In this document: positions 42,233-56,699 of the stretch, in pieces
Layout of the letters: the number at the start of each line of letters is the position of its first letter
Numbering within the stretch: position 1 is the first letter of the stretch
DNA from: Octopus sinensis
Taxonomy: Eukaryota
Direction: 5' to 3'
NCBI RefSeq assembly: GCF_006345805.1
Contig: NW_021831731.1
Location: 1-64,000, forward strand
DNA length: 64,000 nt
Position numbers and translations under genes: made by a program
Notes under the pieces: model-generated
What the model was told of the DNA's origin: nothing
The model's database searches: none
The model's input: the letters and a program-made list of their open reading frames with translations, nothing else

Positions 42233-42779
42233 CAGAGAGAGACACAGACTGAAAGAGGAGGTGCAGAGAGAAAGAGAGAGAGAGAAAGAGGTGTAGAGAG
42301 GCAGAGAGAGAAGTGGAGAAAAAGAGAGAGCGAGAAAGAGAGCGTGTACAAGAGAAGGATAGACTCACATGTACAGATAAACGTACAAAATGAAGGCTTG
42401 CATAAAGGGAGATAATCGGAATGAGTGAGAGAAAAATGAAGCAACAAGAGACGAAAAACGAGCCAAAATAAGTAGGAATAAAGGTAGTTAAATGTGGGGA
42501 GAGAGAGAGGGAGAGAGAGAGAGAGAGAGAGAGAAGGAGAGAGAGAGTTAGAGAGAGAGGGAGAGAGAGAAAGAAGGAGAGAGAGAGTGAGATAGGAGAA
42601 AGGAGAGTGAGATAGGAGAAAGGAGAGAGAGATTGAATGAAAATACAGAAACAAAGAAAATGCGACAGGTTAATACTGAGGAAGACAGATACAAAAGTTG
42701 GCAAGCAGGCTAGATAGATAGTAATTAAAGAAATATAATGAAAAATAGAGTATATGAATAAAATAGAAGCGAGAGAGGC

Positions 42780-42830
<51 letters not shown>

Positions 42831-43123
42831 AGAAAAGGGGATGAAAAAGTTAATGCATTTAAAACGAAAAGAAGTCAGAAACGTGGTTAAATGGACGGTA
42901 TGAGAAAGACAGATTCACAGATGAATATACGAACACATATAATTAGATATATATATAGACGAAAGCGGGAGAATGTAATAGAGAATGTACTGAGATAGAT
43001 TAGTAGGTAGACAAATATATATATATGTATATAATAAACAAATGTTGACATCGACAAATTCGTATATATATATATATACATATATATTATATGTATATAT
43101 ATGTATATGTATATCTATATCTA

Positions 43124-43222
<99 letters not shown>

Positions 43223-43539
43223 ATGTATGTATGTATGTATAACTATCTATCTGTCTATTTATTAAATACTACAGGTACAATCTACAAGTGCGAATTATTT
43301 GGTACATGTACCATGTTTTTCTATGTAGCCGCGGGCAGACATTGACAATTTCTTGGGCCACCCACTCGTGACTCAGCGTAACGTACAGGATGAGACTGCT
43401 GGAGGAAAAAGAGAACTGTACCAGCATCCTGGTTGAAACATATTACAACTGATTAGACATGAGTAACATAAATGAAGAGCCTTGCTGAACGACACAACGG
43501 GAGATAATTTCAATAAAAGGGAGATAATTTCCAAACATT

Positions 43540-44005
43540 AAGAATTAAATTTACAAAACATATTTACATGCTTAACGAAAAATTTTTCTTAAGTTATCCT
43601 ATTGAAATTCACTTTGCCAATATTTATGAATGCAATCTCATTCCTGATATAACTACATAGCAACACATTAGCTGGTAATATTCCCAAAGTATCAAAGAAG
43701 AAAAATGCCTCATAACCTTCAAATGATACCTGAACAAAATCCTCGAAGAAGTATTCGGCAAAGCACAGACACTCAGACAAGATTCGTTCCAAACTTCCTG
43801 TCTGTGTTATCTATAGATATGACTTAAAAGACATCAGCAAGAGGTACTATTAAATTACATATGGTCTGCATCAGTACTAGCCTAAATCTAAGTCTATCTG
43901 TCTGTCTATACACGCACATATGTATCAGTATCCGCCGAAACTGTAGTGATATCCGTTCGGGCAGCTGATGACGAGAATGCGCATATGCTATACTCGATCG
44001 TAAAT
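43540..44005 (+). pseudogene. Very decayed PLE 3' end (GIY-YIG C-terminal traces plus HHR relic)
   Basis: Frame-broken KHIYMLNEK, YSN, EEKCLI, LNK..EVFGK.RH, followed by CTGATGA-c-gagaat...atactc-GA at 43965. Confidence 0.4.
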
Positions 44006-44691
44006 TTCTTATATCTTAGTTTCGTTATTCTGGGTTGAGTTTCATTGTTGTAAAGTGCAAAGTGTTTGTGGATTTATAGTTTGCGGGGATTGCTTACTTT
44101 GTTGTTGTTTAGTTTTTTTCATAAGTAAACTAATTAGGCTTGAACAAGGCTTAGATATCGGGCTCTAATTTTGGGAGGTTCTGTGGCATACATACATACA
44201 TACATACATACATACATACATACATACATACATACATGCATACATACATACATACATAATGGATACATACATACATACATACATACATGCATGCATACAT
44301 ACATACATACATACATACATACGTGCATACATATATACATGCATACATACATACATAAAGGATACATACATACATATGTGTATACACACACATACATACA
44401 TACAGATAGACAGACAGACATACACACACACACAACACACACTTACACACATTTATATAGTGCTATACGTACAAATAGTTATGTAAAGTACCAAGTGAAA
44501 TAGAGAGGTGAAGAGAGCTACGGAGGCGTCGAGAGTAAGTGTTAAAAAGAAAGAGAAAAACAAGGAGGGAGAAAAGAAGAAAGATAGAGAGAATGAGAGA
44601 GAGAGAGAGAGAGAGAGAGAAAGCAAGAGAAAGCGAAAGAGAAAATGAATGAGAAAAAACAGAGAAATATGAACAGAGAAATAGAGGCATA

Positions 44692-44749
<58 letters not shown>

Positions 44750-45074
44750 CATATATATATATATATGTACGTGCATACGCACACACACATACACATATAT
44801 ACATACATATATATATATATATGTACGTGCATACGAACACACACACATACAAACACACACGCACACACATATATGCACACACTCACACTCACACACACAT
44901 ATATATATATACATAAAAACACACATAGAGTCGTCACTATATTGTTAACACTTTGCCAAACACTTTATTTCTGTCTGAGTCTTACTATCCTACCTCTGTC
45001 TTTTTTTCACAACACATTGTCTTTCTATCTTGATATATATATATATATATATCAATATCTATCTATCTATCTGT

Positions 45075-45192
<118 letters not shown>

Positions 45193-45193
45193 C

Positions 45194-45241
<48 letters not shown>

Positions 45242-45272
45242 ATGTATATATATATTATATATATATACATGC

Positions 45273-45309
<37 letters not shown>

Positions 45310-45339
45310 TATATGTATATTATATATAGAGATATATGA

Positions 45340-45376
<37 letters not shown>

Positions 45377-45956
45377 TACATGCACACACACATATACAGA
45401 GAATAAGAGAGAGAGAGTGTGAGAAAGAGGGGAAGAAATAGAGTAAGGAGAGTAAATAGTAACAATATCTTTATTGGTATCTGTGTGTGTATGTGTGTAT
45501 ATGTGTGCGTGTATGTAAGTGGATGTGTGTATGTATATGCGTGCGTGCGTGTGGGCGCGCGTAGAAATAGAGATTTAGAATATGTGAAACAAAGACAAGT
45601 GTAGAATGGTAAGTTGTAGACAGAGAAATAAAGTGCTTGCAAAGTGTTAATAATATAGTGGCAACGACTGAGGATTTAAAATTAATACGATCTTCAAGAT
45701 TAAAAATAACAAACTACAAGAAACGGGGAAGGAAAAAAAAATAAATATAAAAAAGCAAGAAGCGTCAGAAGAAGCAGAACAAAACAGAGATGTTAAAATA
45801 AAAGATAGAAACAAAAGAAAAAATAAAATAATTAAATGAAGGGTAAATTCCTGGAACATTCGGTTGTCGAGTAGCATCGTCTAGATATTACTGAGTGGTG
45901 TACAAGAAGGCATCAAAACAATGTCGACTTTGTCAAATCGCTATGGCAGGAAAAGA

Positions 45957-45993
<37 letters not shown>

Positions 45994-46339
45994 AATAATA
46001 AAAGAAGAAACCACAACAAAATACAATATCAAAGTCAAAACCAAAACGCCAAAACAAAAAGCAACAAAATCCGATGTAATGTGGCGCAAGGCTTAACGTA
46101 AACAGGTGACAAAAGAAAGACAAAATAGAATAGAATAGAATGGAATGGAATTAGAATAGAATAGCGGCGTATATGGTAAAATGGAACGGAACAGAAAAAG
46201 AATATAAGCGAAAAAGAAAGATAGGAGGGCGTGAGGTGCAGCTTAAGAAGCGATAACATCATCATCATGATCATCATCATCATCTTTGTCGTCGCAATCA
46301 TCACCATGTTCGTCATCATCGTTATCGTCGTCGTCGTTG

Positions 46340-46373
<34 letters not shown>

Positions 46374-46726
46374 AATCGTCGTCGTCGTCGTCGTAGTCTT
46401 CATCATCGTCGTCATCATCATCAGCATCTCGTCTACCTCCTGCTCCTGCTCCACCTCCTCCCCTCCTCCTTATCATCATCATCAGAGACGCTGACCACAA
46501 AGCCCGCAAGAAGAAGAAGGGAAAGAAGAAACGGAAGAATTACTACTACTACTGCTACTACAAGACCAGCAGACTATAAATCCGGTAGGACTTCACATAC
46601 GTAATATAATGAGATGAAAAAATGTCGATTAATTAAGATTATCCAAGCAATTAATAAATTTAATCCCACCCCCTGGTATAATTTTAGAATCTTAAAGAAA
46701 ATGCGATTTGGCAACAACAACCACAA

Positions 46727-46879
46727 CATCGAAAAATACCTTAGGAATGAGAACCCAGGTTCGAAATTTCCCAAGACACCCGATGAAGGTTGGAGGGTAT
46801 ATCAACCGAAACGTGTTAACAACAGGCAAGGTGAGGACAAATATCCGTCAAATGTAAGTAATGTAAATAATGTACATAA
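46727..46879 (+). mobile_element. Family E body with HHR relic (46775-46817)
   Basis: gacac-CCGAUGA-a-gguug-gaggguauau-caacc-GAAA-c-guguu; the cleavage triplet is missing. Confidence 0.75.
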
Positions 46880-47160
46880 CACCTCTGGAAACATCGGTGT
46901 TTCGTTCAACATCCTTAAGCAACCCTAATTCAGGGACCTCTTGAGCGAGTGGGCTACTCGACCTGAAGAAAATTCTAACTGGCCCCTACCTGCAAGGTCA
47001 TGCGCTGTTTATCTTGATATGAGATTACCATGTCACGCACATATGGTTGTGATGCATGTGCCTGGTGTACCCTTATCAGACGGGTAGTTATGAAGGGTAT
47101 ACTGGGCTTCGTATATTTTACCCCAGTATGACTTTGGTGGCATGCATTGCTCTATCACTC
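46880..47160 (+). mobile_element. Family C 3' half
   Basis: Identity to other copies; ends tcactc(aat)n. Confidence 0.8.
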
Positions 47161-47177
47161 AATAATAATAATAATAA

Positions 47178-47697
47178 AAATACCGAGGACAAGGAATATA
47201 AAATGCTGTGGAATTTTATAATCCAATGTGACTCCCTAACTGATGCTCTGAGACCAGATATTGTTCTGGTAAAGGAAAAAGGGAAACCAAGATTATAGAG
47301 ATTGTAATACCCGGGATGCGCCCATAAGTGACAAAGAACTAGAAAAGATTGAAAAATACAGACTACTAAAAGACGAAATTGTAAGAATGTGGACCACGAG
47401 GAGAGTGTCTGTCATTCCAGTTGTTGTAGGGGCACTCGCTGAACTAACAGAATATGTCAGAAAATTCAGAATTGATATGAGAGCAGAGCAAGCCCTAAAA
47501 CTGCTCTGCTGTGGACAGCTAGGATTTTGAGATTGGTACTTGGATGTTGAATATCTTCTACGATAATTAACAGCCAAGTATCAAAGCTTATAATGTGTGG
47601 AAAGAGACCCTGTGAGACTTCTGACAGCAGGCTACTGTCCGCTCTCACAGAATCTACCAGAATCAACAAGACCGAACGTTCTGAGAAGTAAGACAAC
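47178..47697 (+). pseudogene. R4/Dong-clade LINE 3' fragment (RLE endonuclease)
   Basis: KMLWNFIIQCD..RPDIVLVK..EKIEKY..IPVVVGAL; ends in AAT repeats. Confidence 0.8.
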
Positions 47698-47717
47698 AAT
47701 AATATTAATAATAATTT

Positions 47718-47925
47718 TAAATTGTTGCCACAAGCGCAGCTTCGGGGAGGGCATTACATCGATTACATCAACCCCAGGGCATAACTGGTACTTATTTAAT
47801 CGACCCCGAAAGAATGAAAGGCAAAGTCGACCACGGCGGAATTTGAACTCAGAACCTAGCTGCAGACGAAATACCGCTAAGCATTTCGCCCGGCGTGCTA
47901 ACAATTCTGCTAACTCGCCGCCTTG
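47718..47925 (-). mobile_element. SINE family B
   Basis: Reverse complement of the family B pattern. Confidence 0.8.
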
Positions 47926-47989
47926 ACAATAATAATTATAATGACGTTAAATGAGCTAACCAAACTATAGGAAAACAAGGAAAAAATAA

Positions 47990-49165
47990 TGACGAAATTT
48001 TGAATACACAACCCCAAATCTGACATAGAACGGTTATATATACAACGAATTGACGGTGGTAGAGGCCTTATAAAACTACAAACTGCTATAAAATAACCAC
48101 AATAGGATTACAGAAACATCTCAGAACCAAGGAAAACTGGTGCAAATAGTCACAAAACAAGAAGCTGTTTTCTGTCTTTAAGGAAACCGAAAAATACAAG
48201 AAAGAAATCATAGTACATGACGACTATGAAGAAAAAGAGCAAACAGCAAAAATTGTAAAGCAACTGAAATCTAAACTAAAACTGTAACAACAAAATACCA
48301 TGATAAAACGATGGCAAGAAAAGACCTTACATGGCAAATACTGGGATAAGCTAACCAGGAAATAGACAAGGAAGCCCAACAATGGTTAAGAAGCTCAGGA
48401 CTCAAAGCAGAAACTGAAAGATTTTTAATTGAGGCTCAAGATCAAAGCTTCCCTACCAGAAACCACCAGAAACAGATGAGGAAGAAAAATGCAGAATATG
48501 TGGTGATGGAGAAGAAACAATAAATCATATCGTCTCTGGTTGCCCAGTCTTCGTTAAGAAGGAATATATTCACAGACACGGCAAAGTTGGGACCTATGTA
48601 CACTGGAAGCTATGCAATAAATATATGCAATGAATATAAATAAACTATGGAATAAAAAGAGAAAAAAAGATGGTTTAGACATATTCCAGAAAAGATTTTA
48701 GAAAATGATAAAGCAACCATGCTCTGGTATATGTCAATAGACACGGATAAAGAAATCAAGGCAAATAAACCGGATATAGTTGTCAGAGATCAAGAAAAAT
48801 GCCTTCTAATTGACGTATCAATCGCAACAGAAGACAATGTATCTCTAAAAAGAAATGGTGAACTCTCAAAATTCAATGATCTGGAAAAAAGAGATAACTG
48901 GAATGTGGTGCTTAAAAACAGAAGCAGTCGGTATAATAATAGGTGCATTAGGTATCATTAAAAAAAACAACATACAAATACATTACCAAAAAAACCAGGG
49001 CTTACGAATATATATAACATACAGAGAATAACACCACTAGGCACTGCGCACACCTTACTGAAAGCACTTTCAATGCAGCACAAAACACAAAAACAAACCA
49101 TAGCACACACTCTAGGCATACAAAGCTGCGGTCGGTAGTGAATGAAAGCACATGATAAAAATAAT
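47990..49165 (+). pseudogene. Decayed R4/Dong LINE 3' part (RT thumb, CCHC, RLE)
   Basis: HNPKSDIERLYI...GGRGL, QWLRSSGLKAETE, CRICGDGEETINHIVSGC, ANKPDIVVRD; frameshifted. Confidence 0.85.
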
Positions 49166-49191
49166 ACTGAATAACAACAACAACAAGAATA

Positions 49192-49616
49192 AAATGCCCT
49201 AATGCAGTACCAGACAGTGGCTCTCATTGCTTCTGATCTTAACTGATTGGAAGTGTTATGTACATTGTTTTGTCTTGGTATAAAAGATTGGCTACAGCAA
49301 ATATTCTGCTCAATACTACAGATTTGCTTGTCAGTTACTTGACCTTAACCAGTTGAACATGTCCCTTAGTTGCTGACGATATGTGCATCTCTGGTCACGA
49401 GCAGAAGTAGTGAGGGAGCATCATAGCCATGTGTTGAGTGGGATTCTTTGGGGTTTGAATAATTCACCTCTGGAAACATAGGTGTTTCGTTCAACATCCT
49501 TAAACAACCCTTATTCAGGGACCTTTTGAGTAGGACGGGCTACTCGACCTGAAGAAAATTCTAACGGGGCCCCACACGCAAGGTCATGTGCTGTTTATCT
49601 TGATATGAGATCACTC
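49192..49616 (+). mobile_element. Family C with intact 5' end and deletion near the 3' end
   Basis: Starts aaatgccct; jumps from gagatcac to tcactc (tcac microhomology). Confidence 0.8.
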
Positions 49617-49635
49617 AGTAATAATAATAATAATG

Positions 49636-49702
<67 letters not shown>

Positions 49703-49704
<2 letters not shown>

Positions 49705-50845
49705 TCTTGAAATAACGAATGACTGGATGCTAAAGCTCGTGGAAAATCACGAGAGACGAAAGAAGCTTCATTCTATCATAAAGGAAAGCAAAAAAAATTG
49801 CTATTGATCTCGTGCAGGATACCCAAACTGAACAACCCGAGGGAAGTACGGCAACTATTGTTGCAAAGAAGGTGAAAATAATGGCAACGAAAAAAGCGCA
49901 CGAGCAATTGGCTGATAGGTGGGAGGAGAAACCTCTGTACGGCAAATATGTGGTCCGCAGCAAACAAGCTGATGTTGACAAGAAGCAAACCCATCAGTGG
50001 CTACGGAGCTCAGGGCTAAAAGCAGAGAGCGAAAGTTTCATCCTGGCTGCTCAAGATCAAAGCCTATTAACCCGGAACTACCAGGCCAATGTGATGAAAA
50101 ATGGAGCAGACCCAAAATGCCGATTCTGCAACGACATGATTGAAACAGTGGACCACCTAATCTCTGGATGTAAAGTCTTAGCACCAGTGGAGTATAAATT
50201 AAGACATGACAGAGTTGGCCAATATCTACACTGGCTAATAAGTCGGCATTACAATATCAAAACTGCCGACAAGTGGTATAATCACCATCCTGTTACTGTA
50301 ACTGAAGGAGAAAGTGTAACGATTCTGTGGGACTTTCCAGTACATACAGACCGAACCTCAAAGCCAATAAACCAGATATTGTTGTGAAAGACCAAAACAA
50401 TAAAGTTTGCTTATTGATCGACATGAGCATCCCCTGTGATCATAATATCTCGGCGAAAGAGTTTGACAAGCTCAGAAAATATAAAGACCTGCTCATTGAA
50501 ATTGAGAAAATGTGGCATCTCAAGGCGGTTACAATACCAGTGATCGTAGGAGCACTAGGAATGATCAAGAAGGGAACCGAAAATTATATGAGAATGATCC
50601 CTGGCTTACCATCCCTGCAAGAAGTGCAAAATATTGTCTTAACTGGTACATCACGCGTATTGAGAAGAGCGTTGTCGATGTGAGAACTATTACTACCCTT
50701 GTATTTTAATTTAACTTAAAAAAAATGAACGAACTATTAAGTTTAGTTTAATGGCCTACCAATGTATACTATGAGTTTGTTTGCCCTAGGAGTCGGGAAG
50801 ACACTCGGCAAGAAATGGAAGCAAATTTGAAAGAAGAAAAAAAAA
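49703..50845 (+). mobile_element. 5'-truncated R4/Dong LINE, tandem copy 1
   Basis: ORFs 49812-50387 and 50327-50683: CRFC..ETVDHLISGC zinc knuckle, RHD, KPDIVV..IDMSIP..KEFDKLRKY PD-(D/E)xK nuclease; one frameshift. Confidence 0.9.
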
Positions 50846-50871
50846 TAATGATGATGATGATAATGATGATT

Positions 50872-50918
<47 letters not shown>

Positions 50919-50955
50919 AACAACAACAACAACAACAACAACAATAATAATAATA

Positions 50956-50984
<29 letters not shown>

Positions 50985-50986
<2 letters not shown>

Positions 50987-52126
50987 TCTTGAAATAACGA
51001 ATGACTGGATGCTAAAGCTCGTGGAAAATCACGAGAGACGAAAGAAGCTTCATTCTATCATAAAGGAAAGCAAAAAAAATTGCTATTGATCTCGTGCAGG
51101 ATACCCAAACTGAACAACCCGAGGGAAGTACGGCAACTATTGTTGCAAAGAAGGTGAAAATAATGGCAACGAAAAAAGCGCACGAGCAATTGGCTGATAG
51201 GTGGGAGGAGAAACCTCTGTACGGCAAATATGTGGTCCGCAGCAAACAAGCTGATGTTGACAAGAAGCAAACCCATCAGTGGCTACGGAGCTCAGGGCTA
51301 AAAGCAGAGAGCGAAAGTTTCATCCTGGCTGCTCAAGATCAAAGCCTATTAACCCGGAACTACCAGGCCAATGTGATGAAAAATGGAGCAGACCCAAAAT
51401 GCCGATTCTGCAACGACATGATTGAAACAGTGGACCACCTAATCTCTGGATGTAAAGTCTTAGCACCAGTGGAGTATAAATTAAGACATGACAGAGTTGG
51501 CCAATATCTACACTGGCTAATAAGTCGGCATTACAATATCAAAACTGCCGACAAGTGGTATAATCACCATCCTGTTACTGTAACTGAAGGAGAAAGTGTA
51601 ACGATTCTGTGGGACTTTCCAGTACATACAGACCGAACCTCAAAGCCAATAAACCAGATATTGTTGTGAAAGACCAAAACAATAAAGTTTGCTTATTGAT
51701 CGACATGAGCATCCCCTGTGATCATAATATCTCGGCGAAAGAGTTTGACAAGCTCAGAAAATATAAAGACCTGCTCATTGAAATTGAGAAAATGTGGCAT
51801 CTCAAGGCGGTTACAATACCAGTGATCGTAGGAGCACTAGGAATGATCAAGAAGGGAACCGAAAATTATTGAGAATGATCCCTGGCTTACCATCCCTGCA
51901 AGAAGTGCAAAATATTGTCTTAACTGGTACATCACGCGTATTGAGAAGAGCGTTGTCGATGTGAGAACTATTACTACCCTTGTATTTTAATTTAACTTAA
52001 AAAAAATGAACGAACTATTAAGTTTAGTTTAATGGCCTACCAATGTATACTATGAGTTTGTTTGCCCTAGGAGTCGGGAAGACACTCGGCAAGAAATGGA
52101 AGCAAATTTGAAAGAAGAAAAAAAAA
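50985..52126 (+). mobile_element. 5'-truncated R4/Dong LINE, tandem copy 2
   Basis: Nearly identical to copy 1 at a 1282-bp offset, with one extra 1-nt deletion near 51870. Confidence 0.9.
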
Positions 52127-52152
52127 TAATGATGATGATGATAATGATGATT

Positions 52153-52199
<47 letters not shown>

Positions 52200-52226
52200 A
52201 ACAACAACAACAACAACAACAACAAC

Positions 52227-52266
<40 letters not shown>

Positions 52267-52294
52267 TAATAATAATAATAATTATCATAGAATG

Positions 52295-52519
52295 AACAAA
52301 ATAATGTACATGATAACACTTCCAACCAGTAAAGATCAAAAGGCATAAGAGCCACTGCCTTGTACTGCATCAGTAGTGCCTTCTCCTGTGACTCAAAGAG
52401 ATGATACTCTACTTAGAATGCGAACTGTACCTAACAATGCTGTCTTCTGGATCACCTCGAGCCTGACAGCAGCTCCAATATTCTTAATATGTTTTTCAAA
52501 GCCCTTGGAAACTGCTCCT
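52295..52519 (-). mobile_element. Inverted block: R4/Dong 3' fragment (52374-52519) fused to family C 5' end (52295-52373)
   Basis: Reverse complements of 57284-57430 and 53277-53355 respectively. Confidence 0.75.
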
Positions 52520-52550
52520 GTATCAGGGTATTATCACTATTGTTGTTGTT

Positions 52551-53186
52551 GTGCAGAGTCTGTGGACAAAACGGTGAAACCGTATGGCATATTACCAGCC
52601 AATGTACACCACTAGCCCATAAGAGACGCCACGACAATATAGCTGGGCTTGTCCATTGGACATTTTGCAACAAGTATGGACTTGACAGAGCAAAAAATTG
52701 GTACGACCACAAACCTGAAGGCATCGTCGAAAACAGAAATGCAAAGATCCTATGGGTTTTTATGATTCAGTGCGACCATGAGATAGAAAATAAGAAGCCG
52801 GACATAGTCCTAATTGAGAAAGAAAGCAAACTATGCTGGATCATAAATATAGCATGCTCAGCTGACAACAGTGTATGCGATAAGGGAGAAAGAAAAATCG
52901 AGAGACATGATAGGTTAGCTTGGGAAGTTAAGCAGTTGTGATCGATGAAAAAGGTGGTAGTAGTATCAATAGTTGTCGGAGCCCTGGGAACAGTGAGCAA
53001 AAATCTCGAAAAGTACGTGGAACAAATAAGGGCTGCAATAAGGTTGGAACACTTGCAGAAAACAGCACTGCTTGGAACTGCTTGAATACACCGGAAGGTG
53101 CTTGAAAAATAAGAGGTGTTACCTTAGTTCACTGGTAGTGAACAGCTGACAATGTAGTACATCTCCAGCGTTAGAAGCTGTGCAAA

Positions 53187-53188
<2 letters not shown>
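52551..53188 (+). pseudogene. R4/Dong LINE 3' fragment
   Basis: CRVCGQNGETVWHITSQC, RRHDNIA, KKPDIVLIEK; followed by (TAA)n. Confidence 0.85.
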
Positions 53189-53267
<79 letters not shown>

Positions 53268-53271
<4 letters not shown>

Positions 53272-53825
53272 GCCCGGATGCAGTACCAGGCAGTGGCTCT
53301 CATGGCTTCTGATCTTAACTGATTGGAAGTGTTATCATGTACATTGTTTTGTCTTGGTATAAAAGATGGGCTACAGCAAATATTCTGCTCAATACCACAG
53401 ATTTGCTTGTCAGTTGTTTGACCTTAACCAGTTGAGCATGTCCCTTAGTGGCTGACGATATGTGCATCTCTGATCACGAGCAGAAGTAGTGGGGGAGCAT
53501 CATAGCCATGTGTTGAGAAGGATTCTTTGGGGTTTGAATAATTCACCTCTGGAAACATGGGTGTTTCGTTCAACGTCCTTAAACAACCCTTATTCAGGGA
53601 CCTTTTGAGCGGAATGGGTTACTCGATCTGAAGAAAATTCTAACTGGGCTCCACCTGCAAGGTCATGTGCTGTTTATCTTGATATGAGATCACCATGTCG
53701 CGCACATATGGTTGTGATGCATGTGCCTGGTGTACCCTTATCAGACGGGTAGTCATGATGGGTATACTGGGCTTCGTATATTTTACCCCAGTGTCACTTT
53801 GATGGCATGCTCTGCTCGCTCACTC
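53268..53825 (+). mobile_element. Family C, apparently full length (~558 bp)
   Basis: Both ends present; (TAA)n on both sides. Confidence 0.85.
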
Positions 53826-53864
<39 letters not shown>

Positions 53865-53866
<2 letters not shown>

Positions 53867-55711
53867 TTCATGTGGCATTTTCCAGGGTAACTCACTATCT
53901 CCTCTCTTCTTCTGTTTAGCCTTAATACCTCTCTCAAAATTGCTCAATAACGCGCAGTACGGATATAAAATGTTTGATAAAAATATAAATCATCTCATTT
54001 ACATGGATGATTTAAAGCTCTTTGCAAAAGGGCTTACTAACGATTGTTAAACAATTCAGCGATGACATCAGAATGCAATTTGGCCTCGATAAATGTGCAA
54101 AAGCTACCTTTATCAAAGGAAAAATGACAGAAACATCTAACGTTAACCTTGACCAGCAGAATGTCACAAAAGAATTAGACCCAGCGGAGAGCGACAAGTA
54201 CCTAGGGGTAATTGAAGGGGACGGAATAAGGCATTCAGTGATGAAGGAAAGGATCAGGAGAGAATGTTATCACAGAGTAAGAGCAATACTCAAGACAGAG
54301 CTAAATGCGAGAAACAGGATCGAAGCGATCAATGCTTTAGCCATACCAGTCGTGACTTACAGTTTCAACATCGTTAACTGGTCAATTACCGAAATATGTA
54401 ATCTTGACAGAAAAATACGAAAACTGTTGACAATGCATAGAATGCACCACCCGAAGGCAGATATAGAACGACTTTATCTACCAAGAAAAGAGGGAGGCCG
54501 TGGACTTTTACAACTGGCAATAACAATGAAGATTGCTACAATTGGCCTAGACACCTACCTGAAAAACTCTGAGGACTGGATGTTAAAACTTGTCTCAAAA
54601 CATGAAAACAAGAAAGCATCATACTCAGTAACAAAATAGGCAAAGGAATATCTAAGTGAATTCCGAATACAACAAATTTCGGAATTAGACATACAAGAAA
54701 CAAGCACAGAAAAAGCTAAGCGCATAAAAACCCGTGCTAAACCTGCTACCTTAGATATTCTGAATGATAAATGGCAAGAAAAACCTCTATGTGGCAAATA
54801 CCCAAAGAGAGCGAATAATGCAGATGTTGACAAAGTCCTGACACATCAATGGCTAATGGCCTCTGGCTTAAAATCTGAAACAGAAGGGTTTATCATAGCA
54901 GCTCAAGATCAATACCTACCAACAAGGAACTACTAGGCCAACATATTAAAGGACGGCAGTAGCCCAATATGTCGTGTATGTCAACAACAAAATTAAACCA
55001 TTGATCATGTTGTCTCCAAGTGCAGTCTTCTAGCGCCTACAGAATATCTCAACAGGCATGATAGAGCTGCACAATATATTCACTGTGTAATCTGCAAAAA
55101 CCTGGATTTGCCCCATGAAAAAAACTGGTGGAAACACAAACCACCTCCAGTGCTTGAAAAGGACCACATCTCACTCCTCTGGAACTTCCCCATTCAAACT
55201 GACAGAAAGATAGATGCAAATAGGCCAGACATCATATTGAAAGACTTCAAACAAAGAACATGACTCCTCATTGATATGACTGTCCCAATCGATATAAACG
55301 TATCTATCAAGACCTACCAAAAACTGAGCAAATATAAAGATCTTGAAATAGAAATCAGCAAAATGTGGAACCTGAAGACTAAAACAATACCTGTTGTCAT
55401 AGGTGCCCTGGGAATGATAGCAATCCCCAAAATGGCAGAAATTCAAAAGATAGTACTCATGGGAACTGCTCATACCCTACGCAAAATACTTTCTATGTAA
55501 CCTCATGGTTTAAAACAAACATAACTTTGTTTTTTTTATTTTTTAATTAAAAAAAAATTTTTTTAGGCATTCACTAGTACAACACTAAATACAAAACCAA
55601 ATATATGGCACACTAGGCATAACAACAATACGAACTTCCAACCTGTTGCCTCTTGAGGTCTCTGGGTGAGACTTGGAGCCAACTTGTACAAATATAAAGC
55701 AAAAGTCAAAC
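53865..55711 (+). pseudogene. R4/Dong LINE from RT core to 3' UTR
   Basis: GIFQGNSLSP, HLIYMDDLKLF, FGLDKCA, KYLG, HHPKADIERLYLPRKEGGRGL, CCHC, RPDII; contains stops and frameshifts. Confidence 0.92.
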
Positions 55712-56668
<957 letters not shown>

Positions 56669-56699
56669 AGAATAATAATAATAATAATAATGATAATAA

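Noticed and set aside
45890-45960. Possible minus-strand mini-exon after a pyrimidine tract and AG
   Set aside because: Weak donor, no partner exons, unrecognised peptide.
53270-53330. Faint resemblance of the family C 5' end to U2 snRNA segments
   Set aside because: Matches are short, gapped and on inconsistent strands.
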